Shown piece after piece: positions 9,247-19,062 of a stretch of DNA of 64,000 nt. Every line of letters begins with the position of its first letter. The first letter of the stretch is position 1. The DNA is from Candidatus Aegiribacteria sp. (lineage in GTDB: Bacteria; Fermentibacterota; Fermentibacteria; Fermentibacterales; JCC-6). The stretch lies in the NCBI GenBank assembly GCA_030600545.1, contig JAUVLV010000005.1, positions 118 to 64,117 on the forward strand. Reading direction: 5' to 3'. Below the pieces are notes generated by a model, which worked only from the letters and a program-made list of their open reading frames with translations, was not told the origin of the DNA and did not search any database. The position numbers and the translations under genes were made by a program.

Positions 9247-11490
9247 ATGATAGCAATTAATCTGGCGCTGATACTAATCTGCAGTACTTCCATCAACTGG
9301 GGTTTTGAAACATCTCAGTCCTACGTTTTCTCAATCATTCCGGATGATGATGGAACCTTTTGGTGCGCGACTGCAGGCGGGATAATACACTATGATCCTG
9401 AAAACGGCTGGCTGGACAGCCTTTCATATCCTGATCAAATGCCCTGGATATCCGCTATAGATCTTTGTTTTACCGATTCTCGCATGTGGGTCGCTACAGG
9501 TGGCGGCGGTTTAGCTTTCCAACAGGGAGATACATGGCAGGTCTTCTCCGTTTACGAAGGTATACCCGGTTCCGGATACGTTTATTCGGTTTACAGTGAT
9601 GGAGGGTATGTATGGGCTGGTACCGATGGTGGACTTACCCGAGGGGATGAAGAAGGCTTTCTGCCCATAGATTCCGATCTTACCGGAGGAGCTTTCAACG
9701 CCGGTGAAGTGACTGATATTGCAGGTATTGGTAATACGATGTACCTTGCGACGGACAGGGGAGTTTACTCCCTTGATCTAAGCGGCAGTGTTTTCAATCC
9801 CGAATCCTGGACAAGTTACTCAGATTCAACAATAACCCTTGGAATTGACGGCATTTACATAGCATCTGCCGATTCCGTTTTCGGATACGGTTCCGGTGGT
9901 GTTTCACAGATGATCGGAAACAGATGGGTGCGTCTGCTGGACTATTCATCCAGCGCTGATTCGGTTGTTACCGGATTACTGGTTACTGAGGATGGTCTTA
10001 TCGCAGGATGCAAAAAGATTGTTCTATACAATAATGGTATCTGGGAGCCATACGGAACCGGATACCCGAATGAAGCCTATGCGTCATGTCTTATAGAAAC
10101 CTGCGGCAGAATCTGGTGCGGTTATGGCTTGCGTGACGAGAATTGCAGGGACACAGGCAAAGGACTCGGCTATCTTGAAAATGGAATATGGGAACAGATA
10201 CCTATATCGGGGATGGCCTGTCCAAGCTGTTATCAAATGGCTCGGGATGAAGACAGGGTATACATCGGCAGCCATCGGCTCGGTCTTATGGTATACTATC
10301 CTGACAGCGGCTGGACAGCCTTCAACAGATATTCGACTGACATGCCCCGTACCCTTAGAACTTACTCAGCAGCCAAATCTGGCTGTTCCGGAATCTGGAC
10401 AGGCAGTTACCACTGGGGTCTCACATGGATCGATGACAGGGGAACGTATTCCATGGAGGACGATACGGTAATAACCTACGTTTCTGATTCTCTTTCGGGA
10501 GTTTCTCCGGGAGTGGTCCAGATTATTTCACCTCTTCTGAATAACCAGGTTGTAATGCTGGCATCACAGGGTGGCGCTCTTCTTGTTGCCCAGGAGGTTT
10601 TCTGGCAGACGCCCGATGAACCCAGTGGTATGACAGCTGTGTCCGGTGAGCCTGAGGAAGGAAATCTTCAGTGGACTACAAGAGTAGAACAAGATGGCCT
10701 TGCGAACAAGAACATACAGATGCTTTACCCTTGCGGAGAAGACAGTCTGTGGATAGCGTTTGCCTCGGAGGGAGGCTGCCAGCTTCTTGTTCATGGAGGA
10801 GATCCGATAGATAAGACTTCGGATACATGGTATCCTAGCCACGGCCAGGCGTATACTGCCTCATTGGGACTTCCCTCAAACCAGGTATTCTGTTTTGCCA
10901 GAAATACCGACGGGGATGTTTTTGCAGGGACTGGAAACGGTATATGTCGCTGGAACGGCAACGCATTTGTTGAAATAGCTGGAATTGCCGGTTCGGTCAA
11001 AGCAATGCAGGTGGACAATAACGGTGTAATCTGGTGTTTGACAGACGATGCGATTTATAGTGTTAACGGTTCGGACGTAATTGAATTCACCAGTTTAAAT
11101 TCAGTCTACATACCCACAAGCAGAGTTGAAAATGAATTCAGTTCATTCAATCCTGAAGATGGAACAGTGTACTTCTCATCACTTCTGGGTATGTGGTCAA
11201 TTTTCTTGCAGCAGAACCATGAGGAAAGCCCGGATTTGCTTTTTTACCCGCAACCTTACCTTCCAGCCGAAGAAGAACTGCATATTGTATGGACGGAGTC
11301 CGATGAACAGATTTCAGTTAAATTCTTTTCCCTTACAGGTGAATATCTGGGCTGTGTTAAAGCGGACACCTGGGAAGAATGGATCTGGGATGGAGCATTG
11401 GATGGAAGTACTCTAACCAGTGGCATATATATCGTGCTTGTTGAAACAGAAAGCAATTCCATTAGAAGTAAGATCGCAGTAGTAAGATGA
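9247..11490 (+). CDS. Secreted beta-propeller-repeat protein with C-terminal FlgD-Ig/T9SS-type sorting domain
   Basis: Recurrent W.ATxGGGL / W.GTdgGL repeats (two-component-regulator propeller type). The tail ..WDGALDGSTLTSGIYIVLVETESNSIRSKIAVVR is typical of the sorting domain. Confidence 0.7.
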   Translation: MIAINLALILICSTSINWGFETSQSYVFSIIPDDDGTFWCATAGGIIHYDPENGWLDSLSYPDQMPWISAIDLCFTDSRMWVATGGGGLAFQQGDTWQVFSVYEGIPGSGYVYSVYSDGGYVWAGTDGGLTRGDEEGFLPIDSDLTGGAFNAGEVTDIAGIGNTMYLATDRGVYSLDLSGSVFNPESWTSYSDSTITLGIDGIYIASADSVFGYGSGGVSQMIGNRWVRLLDYSSSADSVVTGLLVTEDGLIAGCKKIVLYNNGIWEPYGTGYPNEAYASCLIETCGRIWCGYGLRDENCRDTGKGLGYLENGIWEQIPISGMACPSCYQMARDEDRVYIGSHRLGLMVYYPDSGWTAFNRYSTDMPRTLRTYSAAKSGCSGIWTGSYHWGLTWIDDRGTYSMEDDTVITYVSDSLSGVSPGVVQIISPLLNNQVVMLASQGGALLVAQEVFWQTPDEPSGMTAVSGEPEEGNLQWTTRVEQDGLANKNIQMLYPCGEDSLWIAFASEGGCQLLVHGGDPIDKTSDTWYPSHGQAYTASLGLPSNQVFCFARNTDGDVFAGTGNGICRWNGNAFVEIAGIAGSVKAMQVDNNGVIWCLTDDAIYSVNGSDVIEFTSLNSVYIPTSRVENEFSSFNPEDGTVYFSSLLGMWSIFLQQNHEESPDLLFYPQPYLPAEEELHIVWTESDEQISVKFFSLTGEYLGCVKADTWEEWIWDGALDGSTLTSGIYIVLVETESNSIRSKIAVVR

Positions 11491-12455
11491 TTTCCATAAG
11501 ACAGGCAGAACCCGGCGACAGAAACAGTTGGACAGATTTTATTCTCCGTTCCAACAATGGTACCGTTTTCCATTTACCCGATTTTCTGGACTATCATCCT
11601 GAGGGCAGGTTCAGAAATCATCATCTTATTTTCGAAAATAAAAGCGGTATTGTATCCATAATCCCCGGTGCTTTGGCAAAAAAGGAGGATGGGGTATGGT
11701 TCAGATCTTATCCCGGAGCTTCCTATGGCGGCCCGGTGTTCAACGATTCTCTCGGTCTGAGTAAAATCGAACGAATTGTAGATGAACTCATGTTATACTG
11801 CAGATCTCAGGGATTCCGGGGGATCGAAATGACTCCGCCGCCAGCGATCTATTACCGCAGACCCAATAACTACCTTGAATTCTCCCTTGTAAAACGTGGA
11901 TTCAGTTACAGGAAGAGGGAACTGACAGCCGTGATTGACCTCAGCAGGCTTGGAGAAGAACTCAGGCTGGGCTTTCGTTCATCCGCCCTGAGAGGTGTCA
12001 GGAAAGCAGTCAAGAGCGGCGTTGAAGTTAAAGAAAACTCCGATTTTTCACTCTTTTACCATGTACTGGAGTCAAATCTCCAGCAGCGTCATGGCGTTAT
12101 ACCTACTCATACACTTGAGGAGCTTGAAAAACTCCGGAACCTGCTTGGAAAAGACCGTATCAAGCAGTTCATTGCTGTGAAAGATGGAGAGGTTCTTGCG
12201 GGAATGGTAATGTTCCACTGTAATCCCAGGGTCACACTTGCATTCTACATTTCCCATGATCAGGAACACCAGGCACTCAGACCGGTCAACCTTGTCTACA
12301 TGGAAGTCATAAGATGGGCCAAGCAGATGGGGTATCATTATATGGATCTGGGAACATTTACATTGAACATGGAAGTCAACTACGGCCTTTGCCGGTTTAA
12401 AGAATCTTTTTCAGCAAGAGGCATTTTCAGAAATACCATTTACGGAAGCGTTTAG
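11487..12455 (+). CDS. FemAB/GNAT-fold (Acetyltransf_6-like) transferase
   Basis: About 320 aa. N-terminal IRQAEPGDRNSWTDFI..GTVFHLPDFLDY and C-terminal FKESF are typical of FemAB-like proteins in polysaccharide loci. Confidence 0.55.
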   Translation: MISIRQAEPGDRNSWTDFILRSNNGTVFHLPDFLDYHPEGRFRNHHLIFENKSGIVSIIPGALAKKEDGVWFRSYPGASYGGPVFNDSLGLSKIERIVDELMLYCRSQGFRGIEMTPPPAIYYRRPNNYLEFSLVKRGFSYRKRELTAVIDLSRLGEELRLGFRSSALRGVRKAVKSGVEVKENSDFSLFYHVLESNLQQRHGVIPTHTLEELEKLRNLLGKDRIKQFIAVKDGEVLAGMVMFHCNPRVTLAFYISHDQEHQALRPVNLVYMEVIRWAKQMGYHYMDLGTFTLNMEVNYGLCRFKESFSARGIFRNTIYGSV

Positions 12456-13744
12456 TGGAATCAGTTCAGAAATCTCGCCTTCACGCTGTAATTCTTCTGT
12501 GGGCAGCGTTGCTCGTGTTTGTTTTCGGCGGGAGGATGTATACAACTGATGTTCTTGCTCAGTATGAAGTTGCTGGCTCCTTCGTTGGCCAGAGATCATT
12601 CATGACGGTTTCGGGGGATTACGGTTGGACTGTCGCGGGAGCAAGATCTGGCCTTTTCGTTCCTCATGGGGGTGGATTCTCCATCTTCCTCATTCCTGCC
12701 GCACTTGCGGGAAAAGTTCTGGGGTTGAACGGTGGAAAGGTTGCATCGGCTCTGATAAACGCAGGCTTCAGCCTTGCGCTGGTGGGTTTCTGGTATGCTT
12801 CCGCCTTAAAAAAGTACTCGGAAGTTTCTGTTCTGCGATTCATCGCCATTTCCATATGTGGAATGGTTCTCATCTACGGAAGAATGACTTTTGATGTTAC
12901 CGCTGCTGCCGCTGCCGCTATGGCCGGTTACTATTTTTCACTTCATGGCAGAATGTTCGCGGCCGGTCTCTGTCTCGGGGTTGCCATTCTTGTAAGAACT
13001 GACAGCCTGCTTCTGCTTCCTCTGTTCTGGAGCGACTGGAAGGGCATAAAAAAGCTGGCTCTGGGACTTGCTCCCTTTATTTGTCTTATGCTGTTTTTTA
13101 ACTGGTACAGGTTCGGAAGCCCATTTCTTGACGGCCACGGACAGGATCCCGCAATTGCCATTGAACCATTCAAAGGAGGTATCCCAGGGCTTCTTCTGAG
13201 CCCCGGCAAGGGTCTTCTGTATTATGCTCCTCTCTGTATCTTTGCGCTGTTTTTTCAGAAGGACTGGAGACTCTGGACTCCATTTGTTCTTTCTCTCGTT
13301 TTTCATGGTATGCTTTATGACTGGTCAGGTGGTACAGGATGGGGGCCTCGCTTCCTTTTCACCACGCTGCCGTTTCTGCTGATGCCGCTGTCCAGAAAGG
13401 GAACGGGAGGAAAACTGTTCTGGATAATCGCCACAATGGGAATTATCGTGTGCATTCCAGCCTTCTGGAGCAATCCAAGCCTTCTTGAACAGGCATCCGG
13501 CATGGATCTCTTCGATGAAACTTCCCGACATGCAGTACTCTGGACCTATTCCTCATCTCCACTTGTTTCAGCTTTCAGAAATTTCGCAGTGGGGGTTCCG
13601 GACCTCTTCGGAGCGGCGATGGCAGTTTCCTCCGGCATTCCGCCGTGGACAGGAGTCCTTGCTCAATTTGCGGTTGCCGCGATGTTCGCCGCAGTCGGGA
13701 TACGTGTGCTGAAGAAAACCCGATGCAGTGGGAAAATGCTATAA
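12455..13744 (+). CDS. Polytopic membrane protein (candidate GT-C glycosyltransferase or Wzy-type polymerase)
   Basis: About 10 or more hydrophobic segments. GTG start overlaps the preceding stop. Function inferred only from context. Confidence 0.45.
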   Translation: MESVQKSRLHAVILLWAALLVFVFGGRMYTTDVLAQYEVAGSFVGQRSFMTVSGDYGWTVAGARSGLFVPHGGGFSIFLIPAALAGKVLGLNGGKVASALINAGFSLALVGFWYASALKKYSEVSVLRFIAISICGMVLIYGRMTFDVTAAAAAAMAGYYFSLHGRMFAAGLCLGVAILVRTDSLLLLPLFWSDWKGIKKLALGLAPFICLMLFFNWYRFGSPFLDGHGQDPAIAIEPFKGGIPGLLLSPGKGLLYYAPLCIFALFFQKDWRLWTPFVLSLVFHGMLYDWSGGTGWGPRFLFTTLPFLLMPLSRKGTGGKLFWIIATMGIIVCIPAFWSNPSLLEQASGMDLFDETSRHAVLWTYSSSPLVSAFRNFAVGVPDLFGAAMAVSSGIPPWTGVLAQFAVAAMFAAVGIRVLKKTRCSGKML

Positions 13745-14832
13745 TGAAAATTCTTCATATTTCACCGCAGAACTATACCGGGACAATTGATCTATTTGTC
13801 CGGGGGCATAACGAGCTTGGTCACGAGAGCAGGCTTGTTACTTTCTACAGGGCTGCAAATCTCTACGAAGAGGATATTTGCCTGAATCTTCCCTTTGTCG
13901 GTTCCATGGACTGGTTGATGAAGTTCAAAAAACTGGTAAAGGCGGGTAGCCTGAATGTTCCGTTTACAGGAACTACCGAGCGGATATTCTGGAGCCCCAG
14001 GCCGGTTGAAAGACTTATGCTCAAGCTCAGGGATATGCGCTGGACACCTATCATCAACATGGCCGCTGAGGAATACGGACTCTGGGATTTTGACATTTAC
14101 CACCTGGAGGGAGGGATGAGCTTCTACAGAGACGGCAGGGATGTAATTGCACTGAAGAAGGCCGACAAGAAGATTGTATCCTATTACCATGGTCTGGATT
14201 TGAGAATGAGGGGAGCGATCAGACCGGTGTGGGAAGCGACTGATCTGAATCTCACCTGTGAATTTGACCTTTATCAGAGATATCCCGAAATCGAATATTT
14301 ATTTCTGCCTTTTGATCAAAACGCAATGCCCCATGCAGAACCTCTTTCTGAAAAGGTACGTATATGCCATGCCCCCAGGATCAGATCGGTAAAAGGTACC
14401 GAAGAGATAATAAGTGCAGTAGAAGACCTTTCGAAGGAAATACCAGTTGAACTTGTTCTGATCGAGAATATGACGAATGCTGAAGCTCTCAGGATGAAGG
14501 CTACATGTCACATCGCGATCGATCAGGTTGCAAGCGGGGACATGGGTTACGGTGTAAACTCTCTGGAAAGCCTTTCCATGGGTATCGCCACTGTGACCAA
14601 TCTCTCCGGGGCATATCAGGATTTCATACCCGATCATCCATTTTTCCTCACCACGCAGGATACACTGAAGCGCGATCTGAGGGAGCTTACCCTTGACCGG
14701 GAACTCAGAAAAAAACACGCACTTGCAGGCCCTCCATGGATCAGGGCAAGGCACCACTGGTTATCGGTGGCAAAGGAGATTCACAGGATATACCGGGAAC
14801 TCGGGTGGGAGGAAGATCCAGTTCATGACTGA
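13744..14832 (+). CDS. GT-B-fold glycosyltransferase-like protein
   Basis: MKILHISPQNYTG.. N-terminus and a C-terminal half with VKGTEEII..VELVLIENM..SLESLSMGIATV. TAATG overlap with the upstream gene, so the track start at 13645 is unlikely. Confidence 0.5.
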   Translation: MKILHISPQNYTGTIDLFVRGHNELGHESRLVTFYRAANLYEEDICLNLPFVGSMDWLMKFKKLVKAGSLNVPFTGTTERIFWSPRPVERLMLKLRDMRWTPIINMAAEEYGLWDFDIYHLEGGMSFYRDGRDVIALKKADKKIVSYYHGLDLRMRGAIRPVWEATDLNLTCEFDLYQRYPEIEYLFLPFDQNAMPHAEPLSEKVRICHAPRIRSVKGTEEIISAVEDLSKEIPVELVLIENMTNAEALRMKATCHIAIDQVASGDMGYGVNSLESLSMGIATVTNLSGAYQDFIPDHPFFLTTQDTLKRDLRELTLDRELRKKHALAGPPWIRARHHWLSVAKEIHRIYRELGWEEDPVHD

Positions 14833-16261
14833 GCATTCCACGTCTGAGCATAATAGAGACCTTTCGCGGGAATCCACCTTCTACGCCCTGGCAATGGTTT
14901 TCAGCGGAATGGTTCAGGTAGCCTTCTTGCCGTTCATGTCAAAATACCTTACGGCTGACGCTGCCGGAGAACTGGGCACATTGAGGATAATAGCGGAAGC
15001 TATTGCCGGTATAGTTGTTCTGGGTCTTCCGACTGCGCTCATCAGAGCATGGCATAGAACATCACAGCACAGGAGCGTTCTAATAAGGGGAATTACATTT
15101 CCACTTGTTCCATCGGTGCTGATGGTTGTTGTAATTCTGTTCCTGCAGGGCTATTTAAAAACCTTTCTGAACCTGCAGCACCCGGACTATTTGTTTCATG
15201 CGATCCTTCTGGGAATCGGTATTGCATACGTTCAGATCGCTCTTACTCTGCCAAGGGCCGCAGGCTTTGCGGGAAGGTATCTTATTCTTCAGGTGATCAG
15301 AGGGATTATGGCTCTGGGCCTTCTGATTCTGCTGCTTTTTTCAACAACTCTGGATACTATACCTTCGTTCATGACCGCGAGGTGGGCACCTTCATTTCTG
15401 ATAGCCTTTGCTGCAGTTGCAATGATGTGGAGAAAAACCGCTGATTCTAAACAACATAAGGAGCAGAAGGGGCTTACGAGGGAGATCCTTACATTCAGTC
15501 TTCCTCTCATCCCCGCGACTCTTTCCATGATAGTTCTTTCTTCAGCCGATATGTTCATGCTCAGAAGTATTTATCCCGATATGGCTGAAAGCGGATATTA
15601 CGAATGGGCCAGCAGAGCCTGTCTTGTTCTCATGCCGATGATACTGGGTTTCAATATGGCATGGAAGCGATTCATCTTCCGGAAAAAGAGAACCGGAGGC
15701 ACACTGGCCGAGTTGGGAAGAGCGGGACTGCTTTTCATGCTGCTTGTCAACTGGGGTTCATTGATTCTGGCCATGTCTTCCGCCTGGATCGTTCCTTTGG
15801 CAGGAGGGGGAAACTTCCTTCCGGCTGCCAGGGTTCTGCCGACCCTTGCAGGAGCAGGAGCTCTATACGGACTGTTCCTCATCTCACAGACCGGGTGTCT
15901 GCTTACAGGACAGACCAGGTTTATCGCTGTCATGACTTTATTCGGAGCCATGCTTAACATAGGCTTCAACTTCCGTTTAATTCCAGTGGCTGGAGCTCTC
16001 GGCGCAGCTTTTGCCACACTTGGAACGAATCTGTTCATGGCCCTGAGCCTTTTCTGGCTTGGGAGAAAGGTGTTCCCGATAAGTTTCTTTGTGGTGGTGC
16101 TGACCGTGATACCTCCAATCGCATTTGGCGCTCTGGCAACCCTGAGCCCCGGCTGGAGAGCAGCTATCGTCATTGTTTCCACGCTTATCACGGTTTCCGC
16201 AATAGGTTATCTCAGGCTCCCGGGTACACGACTGGAAGGCAGCGCTCTCGATGAAACCTGA
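14825..16261 (+). CDS. Wzx-type polysaccharide flippase (MOP superfamily)
   Basis: About 478 aa and 12-14 hydrophobic helices. The internal ATG at 14825 overlaps the upstream stop by 8 nt. Confidence 0.6.
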   Translation: MTEHSTSEHNRDLSRESTFYALAMVFSGMVQVAFLPFMSKYLTADAAGELGTLRIIAEAIAGIVVLGLPTALIRAWHRTSQHRSVLIRGITFPLVPSVLMVVVILFLQGYLKTFLNLQHPDYLFHAILLGIGIAYVQIALTLPRAAGFAGRYLILQVIRGIMALGLLILLLFSTTLDTIPSFMTARWAPSFLIAFAAVAMMWRKTADSKQHKEQKGLTREILTFSLPLIPATLSMIVLSSADMFMLRSIYPDMAESGYYEWASRACLVLMPMILGFNMAWKRFIFRKKRTGGTLAELGRAGLLFMLLVNWGSLILAMSSAWIVPLAGGGNFLPAARVLPTLAGAGALYGLFLISQTGCLLTGQTRFIAVMTLFGAMLNIGFNFRLIPVAGALGAAFATLGTNLFMALSLFWLGRKVFPISFFVVVLTVIPPIAFGALATLSPGWRAAIVIVSTLITVSAIGYLRLPGTRLEGSALDET

Positions 16262-17189
16262 AATATCCCTTCAGATTCCGATTAAGGATGGCGGAGATAA
16301 CTTCCGGGTATGTCTTGAAAGTCTTCGTAAACAGGATACAGGGGGGATTCCCTGGGAACTGATAATAGTCGATGATGGCAGCAGGATCCCTGTGGAAGAT
16401 GATTTTGACCTGAGTTTTCCCGGGACGGTGGACGTCAGTGTAATCCGGCTTGAGAGCAGTGGGAAAAGGTCAGAAGCCCGAAACCGCGGCTGGATGGAAT
16501 CGAGCGCTCCGATCTCATTTCTTTCGGATGCTGACATCAGATTTCCACCTGACATCATAAGAAAACATCTTGAATTACACCGAATGGGACGCGGAGACGT
16601 GATCATGGGTGCCAGGGTGGATGCATGGCGGGGGAAAACAACTCCATGGCAGAAATGGTTTGATACAAGAGGTATGGGGAACCGCAGGCCGGGAAGGTTC
16701 CCTCCCCGGTATTTCGTTACCGGTAACATCAGCCTTCCCCTGTCTCTCTTTGAATCGACTGGAGGATTTGATGTCGCCATAGATCACTGGGGCGGAGAGG
16801 ATACCGAATTCGGATTCAGGCTGGCCAGGAAAGGAGTATCCCTGTACTGGGATCCCGATTTGAGGGTGTATCATCTTGAGACTGATGTTTCTGTTCGGAA
16901 GCATTCGGCGAAAATGTTCGAGTACGGGAAATACGGGATTGGATATATTCTTGATAAATTTCCTGAAGCTGAAGGCCTTCAGGGAAGCAACTGGATTAAA
17001 CCGGTATTCTCAAGACCCGCAAGCCTGGCAACCATGGCTATGAGAGTACTGGTAAAACTTGTTCTTCTCCCGCCGGTTTACAGATGTGTACTGAAATGGA
17101 TGGAAAAGTTCGGCAAACCCTCTTTTCTGTTCACATACCTTTCGGTCGGTGGATGTTTAATGGGATTGTCAGGCAGGGATTTCGAATAA
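16251..17189 (+). CDS. Family 2 glycosyltransferase
   Basis: WELIIVDDGSR, SDADIRF, and GGEDTEFGFRL. Confidence 0.75.
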   Translation: MKPEISLQIPIKDGGDNFRVCLESLRKQDTGGIPWELIIVDDGSRIPVEDDFDLSFPGTVDVSVIRLESSGKRSEARNRGWMESSAPISFLSDADIRFPPDIIRKHLELHRMGRGDVIMGARVDAWRGKTTPWQKWFDTRGMGNRRPGRFPPRYFVTGNISLPLSLFESTGGFDVAIDHWGGEDTEFGFRLARKGVSLYWDPDLRVYHLETDVSVRKHSAKMFEYGKYGIGYILDKFPEAEGLQGSNWIKPVFSRPASLATMAMRVLVKLVLLPPVYRCVLKWMEKFGKPSFLFTYLSVGGCLMGLSGRDFE

Positions 17190-17190
17190 C

Positions 17191-18108
17191 ATGATATCAG
17201 TGCGTTCTTTACTCAGTGAGCATTTTCCGTCGGATGTCGAGATAATGCAGCTGAGTGAATTGACTACCTGGCGGACCGGAGGCCCTGCGGTTTCGGTAAC
17301 TGTAACCTCTTCCGGGATGCTTGCCGATCTTCTAGGACTTACGTTCGGAGAAGGAATTCCCTGGTTCATTCTCGGTCAGGGATCGAATGTACTGGCTTCG
17401 GACACTGGATGCGAAGAAGTAATAATCAGGCTTTCGGGGAATCTGGCGAAAACCTTCTGGCGCCCCCTGGAAAATAGCTGGATTCTGAAAAGCGGTGGGG
17501 GAGTTCACCTCCCGTCACTATCAGGAGCTGCCTGCAGCAGGGGAGCTTCGGGACTGGAATTCGCCATAGGCATTCCCGGGACAGTTGGTGGAGCAGTGTT
17601 CATGAACGCCGGGGCTTACGGGAGTGCCGTATCGGATCGACTGAAAAGAGTATCAGTATTGGATTTCAGGGGTTCAGAGGATATTATAGACCGGGATGAA
17701 TGCTGTTTTGGTTACAGATTCAGCAGATTCCAGGATGAGAAAAGCGTTATCACAGGGGTAGAGATGTTGCTCGAGTTCGATGATCCCGATGTCCTCCGTT
17801 CCGAAGGGAAGAGAATACTGGATCTGCGCAGAAAGAAGTTTCCCCTCCAGTACCCCAACGCAGGAAGCGTATTCAGAAAACCCGAAAAAAGTGTTTCGCC
17901 CGGAAAGCTGATAGAGGATGCCGGATTAAAAGGGAGAAGGGCAGGTGGTGCCATGGTTTCAGAAAAACATGCGAATTTTATTATTAATACCGGAGACGCG
18001 ACATCTGCTGATATAGCGGAACTTATTGAAATCGTCCGGGAAGTTGTCTTCTCCTTCAGCGGTATTCTGCTCAAAGAGGAGATCCGGTATCTTGGTCGGA
18101 GGAATTGA
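17191..18108 (+). CDS. murB: UDP-N-acetylenolpyruvoylglucosamine reductase
   Basis: TTWRTGGPA, GQGSNVL, GIPGTVGGAVFMNAGAYG, PNAGSVFRKP, and GGAMVSEKHANFIIN. Confidence 0.9.
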   Translation: MISVRSLLSEHFPSDVEIMQLSELTTWRTGGPAVSVTVTSSGMLADLLGLTFGEGIPWFILGQGSNVLASDTGCEEVIIRLSGNLAKTFWRPLENSWILKSGGGVHLPSLSGAACSRGASGLEFAIGIPGTVGGAVFMNAGAYGSAVSDRLKRVSVLDFRGSEDIIDRDECCFGYRFSRFQDEKSVITGVEMLLEFDDPDVLRSEGKRILDLRRKKFPLQYPNAGSVFRKPEKSVSPGKLIEDAGLKGRRAGGAMVSEKHANFIINTGDATSADIAELIEIVREVVFSFSGILLKEEIRYLGRRN

Positions 18109-18111
18109 ACA

Positions 18112-19062
18112 ATGTCAGATATACACTATCACAGAAATATCAGCCTGGAGCCCGGGCCTGTCCTTATAACCGGCGCGGCAGGTTTCGCGGGTTATCATCT
18201 CATGAACGAACTCGGTATGGGAAAGGGTGACATTGCAGTTGATGTAACCGATTCTTTCAAAGTTCCCGACGGTGTCAGGAAAATTTGCTGGAATCTTCCC
18301 TCACCACCACCAGAAGAGCTTGGAGAAGTACGGTATATAGTACATCTTGCGGCCATGAGTTCTGTTTCTAAATCACTTAGAGAGATCCATAAGGCATATG
18401 AGATAAACCTTATGGGAACTGTGTCTGTCCTGGAATACATGGTCTCGAAATGTCCCCGGGGAAGAATGCTTCTTGCAAGTTCAGCCGAGGTGTACAAGTC
18501 AACGGACGATCTTATTACTGAAAACAGCGAGATTGGTCCCCAAAATCCATACGGAACTACCAAGGCCGCAGCAGAAATAGCGGCCTTTCAATTTGCAAGG
18601 AACTACGAACTGGATATCGTTATTACTCGTGCTTTTCCTCATTTTGGTCCGGGACAGTCCGAGGATTTCGCATTTCCATCATTCTGCAGAAGGATCATTG
18701 AATCACCCCGGAGCGGGAACAGCTCCATTCGTGTTGGAAACCTGAATCCCGTAAGAGACTACCTGTATGTAACCGATGTGGCAAGAGCCTACAGGTATAT
18801 TCTGAGCAGAGGTCATTCGGGGAGTATTTACAATATCTGTACGGGGCAGGGTAACAGTATCGGTGACATGGTCAGAATGCTTATCGAGATATCCGGCCTG
18901 GATATCGAACTTGAAGTTGATAGTGACCTGTTCAGACCGGCAGATGTTGAATTCCAGGTTGGTGATCCCTCAAGGCTTCAATCACTGCTTGGGTGGAAGC
19001 CCGAAGTTGACAGATTGGATGGATTGAAAAAACTATTCTCATGGTGGAAGGCAAGAATATGA
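18112..19062 (+). CDS. NAD-dependent epimerase/dehydratase (extended SDR; GDP-sugar reductase-like)
   Basis: ITGAAGFAGYHL and the YGTTKAAAE catalytic YxxxK. Confidence 0.8.
   Translation: MSDIHYHRNISLEPGPVLITGAAGFAGYHLMNELGMGKGDIAVDVTDSFKVPDGVRKICWNLPSPPPEELGEVRYIVHLAAMSSVSKSLREIHKAYEINLMGTVSVLEYMVSKCPRGRMLLASSAEVYKSTDDLITENSEIGPQNPYGTTKAAAEIAAFQFARNYELDIVITRAFPHFGPGQSEDFAFPSFCRRIIESPRSGNSSIRVGNLNPVRDYLYVTDVARAYRYILSRGHSGSIYNICTGQGNSIGDMVRMLIEISGLDIELEVDSDLFRPADVEFQVGDPSRLQSLLGWKPEVDRLDGLKKLFSWWKARI

Noticed and set aside
15598-16191. 197-aa minus-strand ORF inside the flippase gene
   Set aside because: It is fully antisense to a long membrane-protein ORF. Its Arg/Ala/Pro-rich composition is typical of shadow ORFs.
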